From IMG/VR virus record IMGVR_UViG_3300043464_002002, positions 1 to 37,877 of that record: a stretch of DNA of 37,877 nucleotides; one strand, 5' to 3'. Below the pieces are notes generated by a model. That model saw nothing but the letters and a program-made list of their open reading frames with translations. It ran no database searches and was not told the DNA's origin. How positions within the stretch are numbered: position 1 is the first letter of the stretch; each line of letters opens with the position of its first letter. The DNA is from a virus. Lineage: Duplodnaviria > Caudoviricetes. Shown here one piece after another: positions 25,101 to 33,615 of this stretch. The position numbers and the translations under genes were made by a program.

Positions 25101-26460
25101 TGCAGTCAGCAAGGCCGACTTCGATGCCGAGCAAAAGGCCTCCGAGCCAACGGCCAAGGAGAAGAAGGCAGCCGCCACGGCAGCCGCGATTGCCTCCGTC
25201 AACGAGCTGAAGGCAAATGCACTGAGCAAGGCGCAGCTGGCAGGAATGTCGCTCCCTCCGCCGCCATTCATTGAGGCAGCTTCCAAGCAGGCCAACAACA
25301 AGGTCCTGTCCAGCATGTACGAGCTTGCACTGGCTAAGGATCTGGATGGGCTCAAGTCCATGAAGACCTCTGGCGATGCGATTGATATCTATGCGCAAGC
25401 CAAGCACAAGTACAAGAACCAATTGATTGCCGGCTTGGAGTCTGGGTCCTTTGTCAACCCAGGCCACGTGGTGCAGACTCCTGTGGCTGCGGCTGTTGGG
25501 GCTGAGACTCCAAAGGCCAAGGTTCTCAAGAAGTCAGACTTGCCAATGCAGCCCAACTTTATTGGGTCCAATGCAGAGAAGAACAAGCCTGTTGTTGAGT
25601 ACATCAATGCCATTGCAATGGGCAAGAAGCCAGACTTTCAGAATGTGCCTGGAGAGATCCTATCCAAGGTTCCAGCAGAGCAACAAATTGCTAGCGTCAT
25701 CGAGCAGACTAAGTCACCCAAGCTAAAGGCCTATGCTGAGTCTCTCTTGGCCAAGATGACTGGCAAGCCAAGTGCTTCTAGTTCAAGTGTTCCAGAGTCA
25801 AGCAAGAGCAGCCAGGTTGAGTCCTTTGCCACTGGCAAGACCTATGCCCGTTACTTCATCCATGATATTCCGCCCACGGTGACCTCACCACTGAAGAGCA
25901 CAAGCCTCACTCCTAGCAGCCAGTTCAAAGACAAGTGGGCAGAGGGTGGGAAGCTCTATGCTAGCGGGCCAAAGGGGGCATCTGAGCTTCTTTCTTACAC
26001 TGGGGGGAGTTCCAGCACAATCAATGAAAGCCTTGCTAGCGGGAATCCATCGGCATTTGCCAAGAATGCTGTGGCAGCCAATAAGTACATCGCAACGCCC
26101 ATGAAGGACACGGTTGTGAGCCGCACGCATGCCAATCACTTCGGTGGATTCAAGGCTGGGGTGGAAGGCTACAAGAAGATGATCGGGCACGTTGTCAGTG
26201 AGAAAGGCATGCTATCGACATCGGTAGATCACGTGGTGTTTGATTACAATACAGTTCACTGGAAGATTAAGGCTGGGCCACATGCAAAGGGGGCTCATGC
26301 CAAGGCCTTCTCTTTGGTATCATCAGAGGATGAAATCATCATTCCTCCAGCGCAAAAGATGCGAGTCCTTCACGTCGAGGAAGGTGATTACAAGGGGAGC
26401 AAGAAGATCGTTATTCATGCTGAATTCCTACCAACAGAGGATAGCCAATGGGAAGTGTAA
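22144..26460 (+). CDS. Portal protein fused to kinase-like and ADP-ribosyltransferase domains (1438 aa)
   Basis: Portal region (YTIGTG, REVADGEF, RGFSDF, YANNNFASS) to ~23550. QPRGKDGKW 24043. Kinase-like 24331-24990 (LGTEKGGLY, YYVK, NEVLA, WLNNWD, DN, VDAGGSL). ART 25990-26440 (YT..IN, R 26122, STS ~26215, EDE 26326). Confidence 0.85.
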   Translation: MSESLQVKLQGTQLQESWGELINPYEFMQDTREDFGGTVLSAYSTIYDRADGRYRPVYETEMDLRRVRAMAWSLAETVPAAQSWVNRLVDYTIGTGFDWSVTSKEKPQVANAVKGWIDRTFENSNWSSGLERESFAREVADGEFIGAVEQSAGCCCVSTFEPDELTLPLRSKELDEWLDLDFVSSWSFGVLTKESRPAKHYGYHLVHNAIGSDWNYIPVDKAVFWRRNGRQNAKRGFSDFHRVFLHLARSNLVLTNTAEGAATQAAIAYIVEHGQNTSRSDIERMVAADSYVGSHPDPMTGLMQRKKRMRAGTRIDTKGGKYQAGPLGDNKSNIYLDVMEALLRIAGSVHAFPEGMLTGSYANNNFASSLTAEAPFIQGRLADQASRAMRVKSLMKTIVVTGYEMGVFRSFGITLEELLGVIELSVIPSKIVHRDPLMLTQALKLQAEAGWVSDKTAMTELGRDAEVEKQNGAKALQKESGPEGENPEAPGGLEGNGPSGPSGTDPQGSQAVWMGLSRQQFIRNQKALNDIVDGLENKTIGRNKARVLLASIGMPKESIEILMQDMVDGKLDVQPPKEVQQEPVQESASRTKKPAGCRSKRVKVLREEYKAKRALRNQKHLKESFQEMFTPQTQPRGKDGKWIYSGVDTSGWPSSNSTSKACKASIKAMEKMVAQGKWDELESVPIYSGSSSPFEVGKAQAKANLLAMKSNDNTPKNAKPVGEDPAILGGWKKIGESLGTEKGGLYIGPDGKKYYVKTPDNPDRARNEVLATKLYKAVNANVIEANLVDVDGKLAVATLWADDATKMDWNSQLAKNAAAPDFAAHAWLNNWDAVGAGSENPMDNIKWIGGKATLVDAGGSLDYSGMGGAGKKPFSGDIAEHNTLVNPSINPTMAKVFGGMTPEQRQESFKKVISITDGEIADLVDKYHGGDDYDKSMMQQKLISRRDQLAEVYYAVEQTKADSDLNKFAAAQKAIDAADAELAAKDAVSKADFDAEQKASEPTAKEKKAAATAAAIASVNELKANALSKAQLAGMSLPPPPFIEAASKQANNKVLSSMYELALAKDLDGLKSMKTSGDAIDIYAQAKHKYKNQLIAGLESGSFVNPGHVVQTPVAAAVGAETPKAKVLKKSDLPMQPNFIGSNAEKNKPVVEYINAIAMGKKPDFQNVPGEILSKVPAEQQIASVIEQTKSPKLKAYAESLLAKMTGKPSASSSSVPESSKSSQVESFATGKTYARYFIHDIPPTVTSPLKSTSLTPSSQFKDKWAEGGKLYASGPKGASELLSYTGGSSSTINESLASGNPSAFAKNAVAANKYIATPMKDTVVSRTHANHFGGFKAGVEGYKKMIGHVVSEKGMLSTSVDHVVFDYNTVHWKIKAGPHAKGAHAKAFSLVSSEDEIIIPPAQKMRVLHVEEGDYKGSKKIVIHAEFLPTEDSQWEV

Positions 26461-27314
26461 ACGAGTCCGAAGTGGAAGATCAGCAGCAGCCATCGTCATT
26501 TGACGATAGGCCATTTGATGCAGCTGTTGAAAGATCAACCAGCAATGTTTCCTACTTGGGATCTTTCGATCAATTGTATGCAGTCATCCAAATGCTTGGT
26601 GCAGAGCTTTGTGAAAAGCTAGACGACCCCGACCTGGATGGACCAAGCAGGCAAGAGCTTTTGATTCAGATCGTTGAGCCAGTGGTGGAAATGATCTTGA
26701 GCCAGGAAGGAGAATGGTACTCAGCCGACCGTCTCAAGCGTCAACTGGAACTGGCAGACCCCACCAATTCAGGCCCAGACTTGGCCTATGTTTTGAGGGA
26801 GTTCTTCTATCAGTATGCCATCGAACTAGGGCAGATGATTCGATACGCGAGCACACCAGGCGTCCTTCCAGAGCAATGGAACTGGCAGCCTAAAGCCATG
26901 ACAACCCGCGCGGCTTTGCTTCTCCATGGGTATGAAATTGAAGATGAGGAGAGCTTGGTTGCCTACAATGCTTTTGTGTCAGGAAAATCTATCCTCGATG
27001 ATGAGCTAGAAGAGCTAATTGCCATAGCGAACCAGGCCTACTTGGAAGAGCAGCCCCAGGTCGTCACTGAGCCATTGCAGGAGTCAGCTTTGTCAAGGGT
27101 AGTTCAGCCGATCAATGTTGTCGTCAACATGCCTGAGCAAAAGCCACCTGAGGTTGTTATCCACAATCACATCGAACCGACCAAGATGCCAGATGTGGTG
27201 GTCAATCCTGTCGTAAATGTTAGTCCAGAAATCGTACTACCAAAACCCAGAGAAGTCACAGTCACTCGGGACAGTGATGGGAAGATAACCGGCCTACAAA
27301 CTAAGGCGGAATAG
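26448..27314 (+). CDS. Acidic protein, candidate immunity/partner, ending in a P/V/N-rich portal-tail-like segment
   Basis: 13-nt overlap with the ART end; acidic helical N-part; C-terminus PINVVVNMP...VTVTRDSDGKITG. Confidence 0.7.
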   Translation: MGSVNESEVEDQQQPSSFDDRPFDAAVERSTSNVSYLGSFDQLYAVIQMLGAELCEKLDDPDLDGPSRQELLIQIVEPVVEMILSQEGEWYSADRLKRQLELADPTNSGPDLAYVLREFFYQYAIELGQMIRYASTPGVLPEQWNWQPKAMTTRAALLLHGYEIEDEESLVAYNAFVSGKSILDDELEELIAIANQAYLEEQPQVVTEPLQESALSRVVQPINVVVNMPEQKPPEVVIHNHIEPTKMPDVVVNPVVNVSPEIVLPKPREVTVTRDSDGKITGLQTKAE

Positions 27315-27315
27315 T

Positions 27316-30300
27316 ATGGCCAACCAGACCGTCACCACTGCCGTCAACTACGACAGCGCCGCGATTAGTGGATTGCTGGATGGTGAGAGCATCACGATTA
27401 ACGGCGGGTCGCTGACGATCAATGCTGATACGCGATGGAATCAGCAAGCGGCGGTTTTCGGCAATATCCCCGTATCGTCAACACTGGGTGGCGTGGTTGC
27501 GATTGATGGCACGCAGATTTGGGAAGTGCCGTTTTCGTCGTCGACTGGCAACGTACCGACACAAGCTGCGCTTGGCAGCAACGGCGTCACAGGCGGCACC
27601 AGCGGGGCGACGGGCGAGCTCACTCGCGTGTGGGCTACTGGCTCGTTCACACCTGCCACGGCGGGCGGTGCGATGCCTTCAACTGGGTTCATTAAGCTAA
27701 GGTCCAAGACCGGCAACTTCCAAACGGGCGAGACGATCACCTTGCCAGGTGGTGCCACTGTCGTCGCGGCCAGCGCGGGCAAACGCAGTTGGATTCATCT
27801 TGTCGGGGCAAGCGGTTCAACCATGACTACGCCTCGCATGGCGAACGTCACCGCGACGGGGGACTGGTACGAGATCGGCACGACTGACGGCACCGACAAT
27901 CAGACAATCCAGATGCCGGTGCGGGACGAATTTCCGGCAGTGCAGATTGAGACATCGCCGGGATCGGGCGTGTACGAATGGTGGGCCAATGCGGCTGATA
28001 CGTGGAATGGCCTATTCCCCAACACAGACTTGGCATCAGGGAATACCAACACAACTTTCACGCGAAACGCAATCGCCGGCCTTGCGAATTACCCAGCGGC
28101 AGAACGTGTGCGGGAGACTGTGACAAACGGCGTCCACTCGTGGAACGGTCAGAACCTGCAAGCTACACAGATGGACGCGGGTTCTTATACGCACCGCGCC
28201 ATCGTCAAGCAGGAAACGCGCCAATGGTGCGTGGTGCAGATTTCTACCTTTAACGGAGGTGTTCGCTTTGGTGCCCTGGTCGATTTGGTGAATGGCACAA
28301 TCATCGCCACGCCGACCGTGGGGAGCCCGACTGGAACCTCATCCTCGATCACCTCGCTTGGCAACGGCTGGTATGAAGTCAGTGTCACGATGGACCACAT
28401 TAACAACACGAACCTGACCAGCTTTGTTGCCCTGTCGGATTCCGCCACCCCAACTTATTCAAACGGTCTGCCAACCTATACCGGCAACGTGGCGCAGGGC
28501 ATGTATGTCGGGTTTTGGACTGTGATCCAAAACAGCCATGCCTTCATCCCGACCGACGTGCGCGGCAAGTTTTTCTACTCAGACCCTTTCGCCGGCACCA
28601 TTCAGTTCGCCAAGCGAGGGACGAACAATGCAGGCTTCAAACCAGAGGCGGGCTTGAAAATCAGAATCCCAAACGTCATTCTCGGGACTTCAACGGCGGC
28701 AGACTACACCGCTCAATATGTTTCGTATCAGGCGCGATACGTGATGAATATCTCGGGGGGTGTGTTCAATCAAGATACTGTCGCTTTTGGTTGGCAGTTG
28801 ATAAACGTAACTCCCATCACGTTCACCCTCAAGAACTCAGCTTTTGCAAATACTCTGTCCATCTTAAACTTCTATACTGAAATTCGAAATTCGTGTATCG
28901 CGCCGGTTCTTTACCAAAATGGTAGCGGATTGGTGCTTCAAAACAGCGCGAATTTATTTCTATATGACTCTAGGATTGTGCGGGCAACTGGCGGTGCTTT
29001 CACCACTGTAGCTTCAGCAAATATCAATGCGTATGATTCCAGATTTGAGCAGATCAAGCAGGGGGGGCAGGGCCGGCCACAGAGAACCGCTGCTTTTGGG
29101 CAGAATCCTACTCTGGTAGCGGTGGTGTCGTCTGGCGGCGAATTTGTAGATTGCACACTTGTCGGGGGAGCGGCAACCTTCAATGTGCAGAATTATAGTA
29201 TTCGGAACCCGACGCACTGCGACAACATGACGGGCACTACACCTGCCATTGCTTCTCGTGCAATCGGTGTGCAAGGCACGAATATCTTGGTTGAGGGGAT
29301 GGCTGCTCTTGCAGGAATAAACAATAATCACCCGTTCACTGATTATATTGGCACTCTCGGCTTCACCGCCAATCTCACTGTTCGCAACATTGGCTCTCCC
29401 GCGGCGCCGCTGAACGCGGGCACGATCAACCCCGCTGGATTTATTATCTCAATTGCAGCAGCAGGAACAACGTTCGAGGTGCGGCGGTGCTATGCGACCA
29501 ATTTGCGGTCGGGCGTTATTCAACAGTCTCTTTCTGCGCCGGTTTTTGCCGCCTATGACGTATGGGGCGACGGCACAACGCCGCAAACCATAGCGACGGC
29601 GAACGCAATCACTCGCGGTGGGCGTTGGACCAACCAGCGCGTCGGACAGTCTGGCAACGCAGGCTCGCATTGGGACGATGCGTATAATTCGACCACAACT
29701 GGCCGAATTACCATTATGGCAAACGAACCGACGCTGGAATCAGCAGCGCAATGTGCGGCGACACTTGGTGTAGGCTCGGGCTTCAACGGCTCTGGCTCAA
29801 TGATTATCTCGCGCCTGGATGACAGTGTGAACTGGACCACGCCGCTCAAAATGTACGGTCACAATGCCCTTGCAGGCGGCTGTGCGTTAGCAGGAACAGA
29901 CTGCCAAAACCTGATCTTTGAGTACAAGATCGACACAGGTTCAGGCTTTGGAGGATCGTGGGCATTCTTGGCAAACACTGTGCGCCGGCAAAGCGGCGGA
30001 ACAATCGCAACGAATACCGTCACGGTGAACACCTCAGATCGAACTGCTCTGACACGCCAACCCCAAGTGGGGGATTTTGTGCAGACAGGCAACTTCCGAT
30101 TGCCTGCGAACACCACTGTCACCAATGTTGCTGGCGATGTAATCACCTGCTCAAACAACTTCACGGTCACCCTTGGAACCAACGAGTTCGTGACCTTCTC
30201 GCCTGTGAACGTGGCAGTGAGTGCCGCCAATGGTTACTCGTTGCAAGTTCGCACTTACCCGACCGTGGCAGCGGCAACGACACTTTTCACTGCCTTCAGC

Positions 30301-30609
30301 ATGGGTATTCAAACTGATGCAACGGCTTATTTGACACAGCATCCTTTGCCTGGTTCACTGGTGAACATCACCAATCTTGTGCCTCAGTCACGAGTCAAAG
30401 TTTCGCGGGTCGACACCGGCGCTTTGCTGCAACAAGCATCCTGCGGCGCTGGCACAACAATCAACTTTGACTTCCAGTACACGGGTGCCGTCCGGATTGA
30501 GGCAAGGAATGCCAGCGGCACTCCAGCCTACAAGCCTTGGGTAACTCAAGCGACCATCTCACCAACGGCGACCACAAGTGTTGTTGCTTTACAAGAATCA
30601 GACCAATAA
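27316..30609 (+). CDS. Large G/T/N-rich virion appendage protein (head fibre/spike-like, beta-helix and carbohydrate-binding-like regions)
   Basis: 1097 aa, beta-rich composition, SITSLGNGWYEVSVT motif, location in head module. Confidence 0.65.
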   Translation: MANQTVTTAVNYDSAAISGLLDGESITINGGSLTINADTRWNQQAAVFGNIPVSSTLGGVVAIDGTQIWEVPFSSSTGNVPTQAALGSNGVTGGTSGATGELTRVWATGSFTPATAGGAMPSTGFIKLRSKTGNFQTGETITLPGGATVVAASAGKRSWIHLVGASGSTMTTPRMANVTATGDWYEIGTTDGTDNQTIQMPVRDEFPAVQIETSPGSGVYEWWANAADTWNGLFPNTDLASGNTNTTFTRNAIAGLANYPAAERVRETVTNGVHSWNGQNLQATQMDAGSYTHRAIVKQETRQWCVVQISTFNGGVRFGALVDLVNGTIIATPTVGSPTGTSSSITSLGNGWYEVSVTMDHINNTNLTSFVALSDSATPTYSNGLPTYTGNVAQGMYVGFWTVIQNSHAFIPTDVRGKFFYSDPFAGTIQFAKRGTNNAGFKPEAGLKIRIPNVILGTSTAADYTAQYVSYQARYVMNISGGVFNQDTVAFGWQLINVTPITFTLKNSAFANTLSILNFYTEIRNSCIAPVLYQNGSGLVLQNSANLFLYDSRIVRATGGAFTTVASANINAYDSRFEQIKQGGQGRPQRTAAFGQNPTLVAVVSSGGEFVDCTLVGGAATFNVQNYSIRNPTHCDNMTGTTPAIASRAIGVQGTNILVEGMAALAGINNNHPFTDYIGTLGFTANLTVRNIGSPAAPLNAGTINPAGFIISIAAAGTTFEVRRCYATNLRSGVIQQSLSAPVFAAYDVWGDGTTPQTIATANAITRGGRWTNQRVGQSGNAGSHWDDAYNSTTTGRITIMANEPTLESAAQCAATLGVGSGFNGSGSMIISRLDDSVNWTTPLKMYGHNALAGGCALAGTDCQNLIFEYKIDTGSGFGGSWAFLANTVRRQSGGTIATNTVTVNTSDRTALTRQPQVGDFVQTGNFRLPANTTVTNVAGDVITCSNNFTVTLGTNEFVTFSPVNVAVSAANGYSLQVRTYPTVAAATTLFTAFSMGIQTDATAYLTQHPLPGSLVNITNLVPQSRVKVSRVDTGALLQQASCGAGTTINFDFQYTGAVRIEARNASGTPAYKPWVTQATISPTATTSVVALQESDQ

Positions 30610-30620
30610 GGAAATAAAAT

Positions 30621-32063
30621 ATGCCGATTGAAACCGACTTCACAATTTCCGCGACAGGCGATGTTCGTCGTCAAGGTGGGGCTAGCACTGCCGTTTACAC
30701 TGTCTTGGAGCTACACCAATGGCTACAAGACTTGGCCGACGATGCAGCGGCATCCGGTAACGACTTGCTCGACATCCTTGCCCCTAACCCTTCGAAGCTG
30801 GACGGTCCGAGAGATGTGGCCGTTGCTTCTCGATTGAACTTGCTGACAGATGGATCAGTTGCATTCAACCTAGATGACACAGCAGCGCAGTTCATCAACT
30901 TTGGCTCTATCAAGCAGCAAGCAGCGGCAGTCCAATACTCGGGGCTAAAAACAATCGGTGGCATCGTTGCGGCGAGCCCGATTTATGTGGTGCAGAGTGG
31001 CAGCAAGTTGACGAAATTTTGGTCCGATGGGCACGTACAGATTTTGGTAAAAGTTCGGACTGGCGGAGCTTTTATCGACTCAGGAAACGTGACAGCATTC
31101 AGCCGCAAATGGGGCCAGTCTTACTCACACTTCGATGTGAACCTCTCGGCTGGGGGGGAGAGCAACGCGGCTCTTTCAACAGCCCTTGACCCGAACGTAG
31201 TTCTATCGGAGGCTAGTGCAGCGGCATTGTCCAGCAAGGTCACCGTGACGTTTGGTGATACGACCCAAGACTTGGGGAATGGTAACGGTGCCAAGCTGTA
31301 CAAGGGCACTATTGCCCTGACTAGCAGTTGTACCTTGCAGGAAGCCTACCAGTATCTGCAATACCTCACACGGGAGAATAGTGCAGCTACGCTGAACAGC
31401 ATCCCTGGGTGGCGTTATCGCGTTCTGAACTCGGCCTACACGGAAATACCTTCGGCCCCTTTTGGGACCTTTGCAGGGGGTACATTCTTTGCTGCCCAAG
31501 GATGGTATCTCACAGGCGTCTTACCAGCCGAATCTACAAGATATCAACTCATTGCGCATGATGGCACCAGTCAAGTTCCACCCACGTTGATTGGAATTAC
31601 TCTGGGGAATCTGGTGGCGGGAGATCGTATTCTGGCTGCCAGGGAAAACGGCTCCGGTGGGATCCTCAAAGACGAGTACACTCCAGTCGCAGCATCCAGC
31701 GGTGCAACCTCCATCCAAGTGGTTGAGTCAATTAAGACCGACACGCCATCGTCTGGAGTGATACGCATCAAGAATCTGCGATACACCTACACCTCTTTCA
31801 ATGCAGGAACGAAAACATTCTCTGGGTTGTCGCCTGGGCTTGCAAGCAACATCGTAACGGCAGACGATGTGTTTGTTCCTTACCTTGACAGAGTGGCCGG
31901 AAGTTCCTCGGAGTCGGTAACATTTATCTACAGCAGTAACTTCACGGCTCGGGTCGATGTGCGTAACGGTTCCGGCGGAAGCCCTATCATTCCTTTCAAC
32001 ACTTTGTTGTCGGTTACCAGTGCAGGAGCTTCTGTAAACGCTTCAAGAAATAGTGATGTGTAA
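30621..32063 (+). CDS. Virion structural protein (appendage-associated)
   Basis: AAGGA RBS; YTVLELHQWLQDLADD; G/S/T-rich beta composition. Confidence 0.65.
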   Translation: MPIETDFTISATGDVRRQGGASTAVYTVLELHQWLQDLADDAAASGNDLLDILAPNPSKLDGPRDVAVASRLNLLTDGSVAFNLDDTAAQFINFGSIKQQAAAVQYSGLKTIGGIVAASPIYVVQSGSKLTKFWSDGHVQILVKVRTGGAFIDSGNVTAFSRKWGQSYSHFDVNLSAGGESNAALSTALDPNVVLSEASAAALSSKVTVTFGDTTQDLGNGNGAKLYKGTIALTSSCTLQEAYQYLQYLTRENSAATLNSIPGWRYRVLNSAYTEIPSAPFGTFAGGTFFAAQGWYLTGVLPAESTRYQLIAHDGTSQVPPTLIGITLGNLVAGDRILAARENGSGGILKDEYTPVAASSGATSIQVVESIKTDTPSSGVIRIKNLRYTYTSFNAGTKTFSGLSPGLASNIVTADDVFVPYLDRVAGSSSESVTFIYSSNFTARVDVRNGSGGSPIIPFNTLLSVTSAGASVNASRNSDV

Positions 32064-32683
32064 TGGCTTTTTACATAGCGCCTTTTACCTTCGATTTCGA
32101 TACGTCATTCATTGATGTGGATTCGGGCTATGTAGATGTCGACTGTTCTGGGTTGTATACCGCTTGCAAGTTAGCGCAAGCCTCAACAGAAGGAATTGTT
32201 TATGCCAGAATTGCATCCGGTTCCGGACTCAACACCCTTGGGGTTGGTGTCCAAGTGGGTCTCACCGTCGAACTTCTGGGGTCTTGGCAACTTCGTTTCC
32301 CAAGTGGAAATTATGTCGCCAGAGTCGCAGGAGGAAATCTCGTCGGTGGACCAGGAGGAGACCCAATCGCCTACACGGCTGGAGTCCAAACCCTCCTGAT
32401 TCAATCGGCAGCTTCTACCGTTGTCACTACCGGCGGGGGTGGGAGCGATCCGTGGGCGACCGCAATTCCTGGTTCCTACAATCCAGGTTCGGCTGGGCAC
32501 TTGCTAAACCAGTTGGCTTTGAAAGATCCCAACATTGCCTTGCAGCTATCGGAAGTCTGGAAGCGTCTTGGTCTGGACATTGCAAATCCACTGGTTAATA
32601 CCAACACGGAAATCACGGCAGGCGCGGGCTTGCAGATTGCTGTTAATACTAACACCACTCAGACCGTCCTGACGAGGCAGTGA
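32063..32683 (+). CDS. Putative virion structural protein
   Basis: TAATG coupling; GSAGHLL and EVWKRLGLD motifs. Confidence 0.65.
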   Translation: MAFYIAPFTFDFDTSFIDVDSGYVDVDCSGLYTACKLAQASTEGIVYARIASGSGLNTLGVGVQVGLTVELLGSWQLRFPSGNYVARVAGGNLVGGPGGDPIAYTAGVQTLLIQSAASTVVTTGGGGSDPWATAIPGSYNPGSAGHLLNQLALKDPNIALQLSEVWKRLGLDIANPLVNTNTEITAGAGLQIAVNTNTTQTVLTRQ

Positions 32684-32913
32684 TGCTGTTCCATGTCAAT
32701 GCTGCCTATCTTGGTTTGCAGCCGGCAGCGTTGCCAATCAATTATGCGTTTTTAGGCTTACGTTCCGAGTCCGAAAGTCCAGTCATCCCTTTGCCTCCAG
32801 TAGTGACAACCTATGTTGGCAGGGGTGGTGGAATGGAGCTACGCAAGCCGACCCGATCAGCCAGTGAAGAAGAAGAAGAGTTGGTTTTGCTTTTTGCCTT
32901 TGGGGTGTACTGA
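32680..32913 (+). CDS. Small hypothetical protein
   Basis: GTGA and TGATG overlaps; GGG...EEEEELVLL ending. Confidence 0.6.
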   Translation: MMLFHVNAAYLGLQPAALPINYAFLGLRSESESPVIPLPPVVTTYVGRGGGMELRKPTRSASEEEEELVLLFAFGVY

Positions 32914-33554
32914 TGGACGACGAGAACAGGATGCAGATTGAGGGCGACTTGCAGGCCAGGATCGAGCTTGGGCTGAGCAGTGAGCCAGACACGGTGAAGG
33001 AGTTCCGCAAGATGACAGCCCGGTGGCAGAAGCCTTTGGAAGATCAGTACGAGCTTGCCATGGTGATGCTACTGATTCAGTTTGCTGAGCAGTACCAAGA
33101 CTCTCCTTTAGGTGAAGAGTTGGCCAAAAGAAATTCAGAGCTTGATAGGCTGATTCGAAGGCAAGCTCAGGTCCTTGCCAACAGGCAAATGAAGAAGCTT
33201 GACAGGAGGCTTCAGAAGACGAATCGAAGGATTGTGAAAGAGGAAGAAGAGCAAAGCTTGGAGGATGACAGCATCCTGGCAAGCAGGCTCTGGGGGAAAA
33301 ACCGCGCTGAGGCCATTGCTATCACAGAGACGACAACGGCCATTAATATCGGTGAGCATGAGGCCGTCCAGATAGCCAAGCAGCAATTTGGAATGGATGC
33401 CTATGCTGTGTGGTTCACTGCTGAGGATGAAAGGGTGTGTCCTCGCTGTTTGCCTTTCCATGGGACCAAGGAAGATGTCTGGGGCGATGAGTTCCCCTAC
33501 GGCGGACCGGTCCATGTTCGCTGCCGATGCAGCCTGGTGTGGTACGTGAAATAG
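32913..33554 (+). CDS. MuF (SPP1 gp7-like) minor head protein, short form without toxin extension
   Basis: RAEAIAITETT, WFTAEDERVCPRC, PVHVRCRC. Confidence 0.85.
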   Translation: MDDENRMQIEGDLQARIELGLSSEPDTVKEFRKMTARWQKPLEDQYELAMVMLLIQFAEQYQDSPLGEELAKRNSELDRLIRRQAQVLANRQMKKLDRRLQKTNRRIVKEEEEQSLEDDSILASRLWGKNRAEAIAITETTTAINIGEHEAVQIAKQQFGMDAYAVWFTAEDERVCPRCLPFHGTKEDVWGDEFPYGGPVHVRCRCSLVWYVK

Positions 33555-33615
33555 TTTTGCTCGTCGTCGGCTGGGTGGTCAATATCCAGCAAGAATCTGA
33601 CGCATGGGGGAAAAC

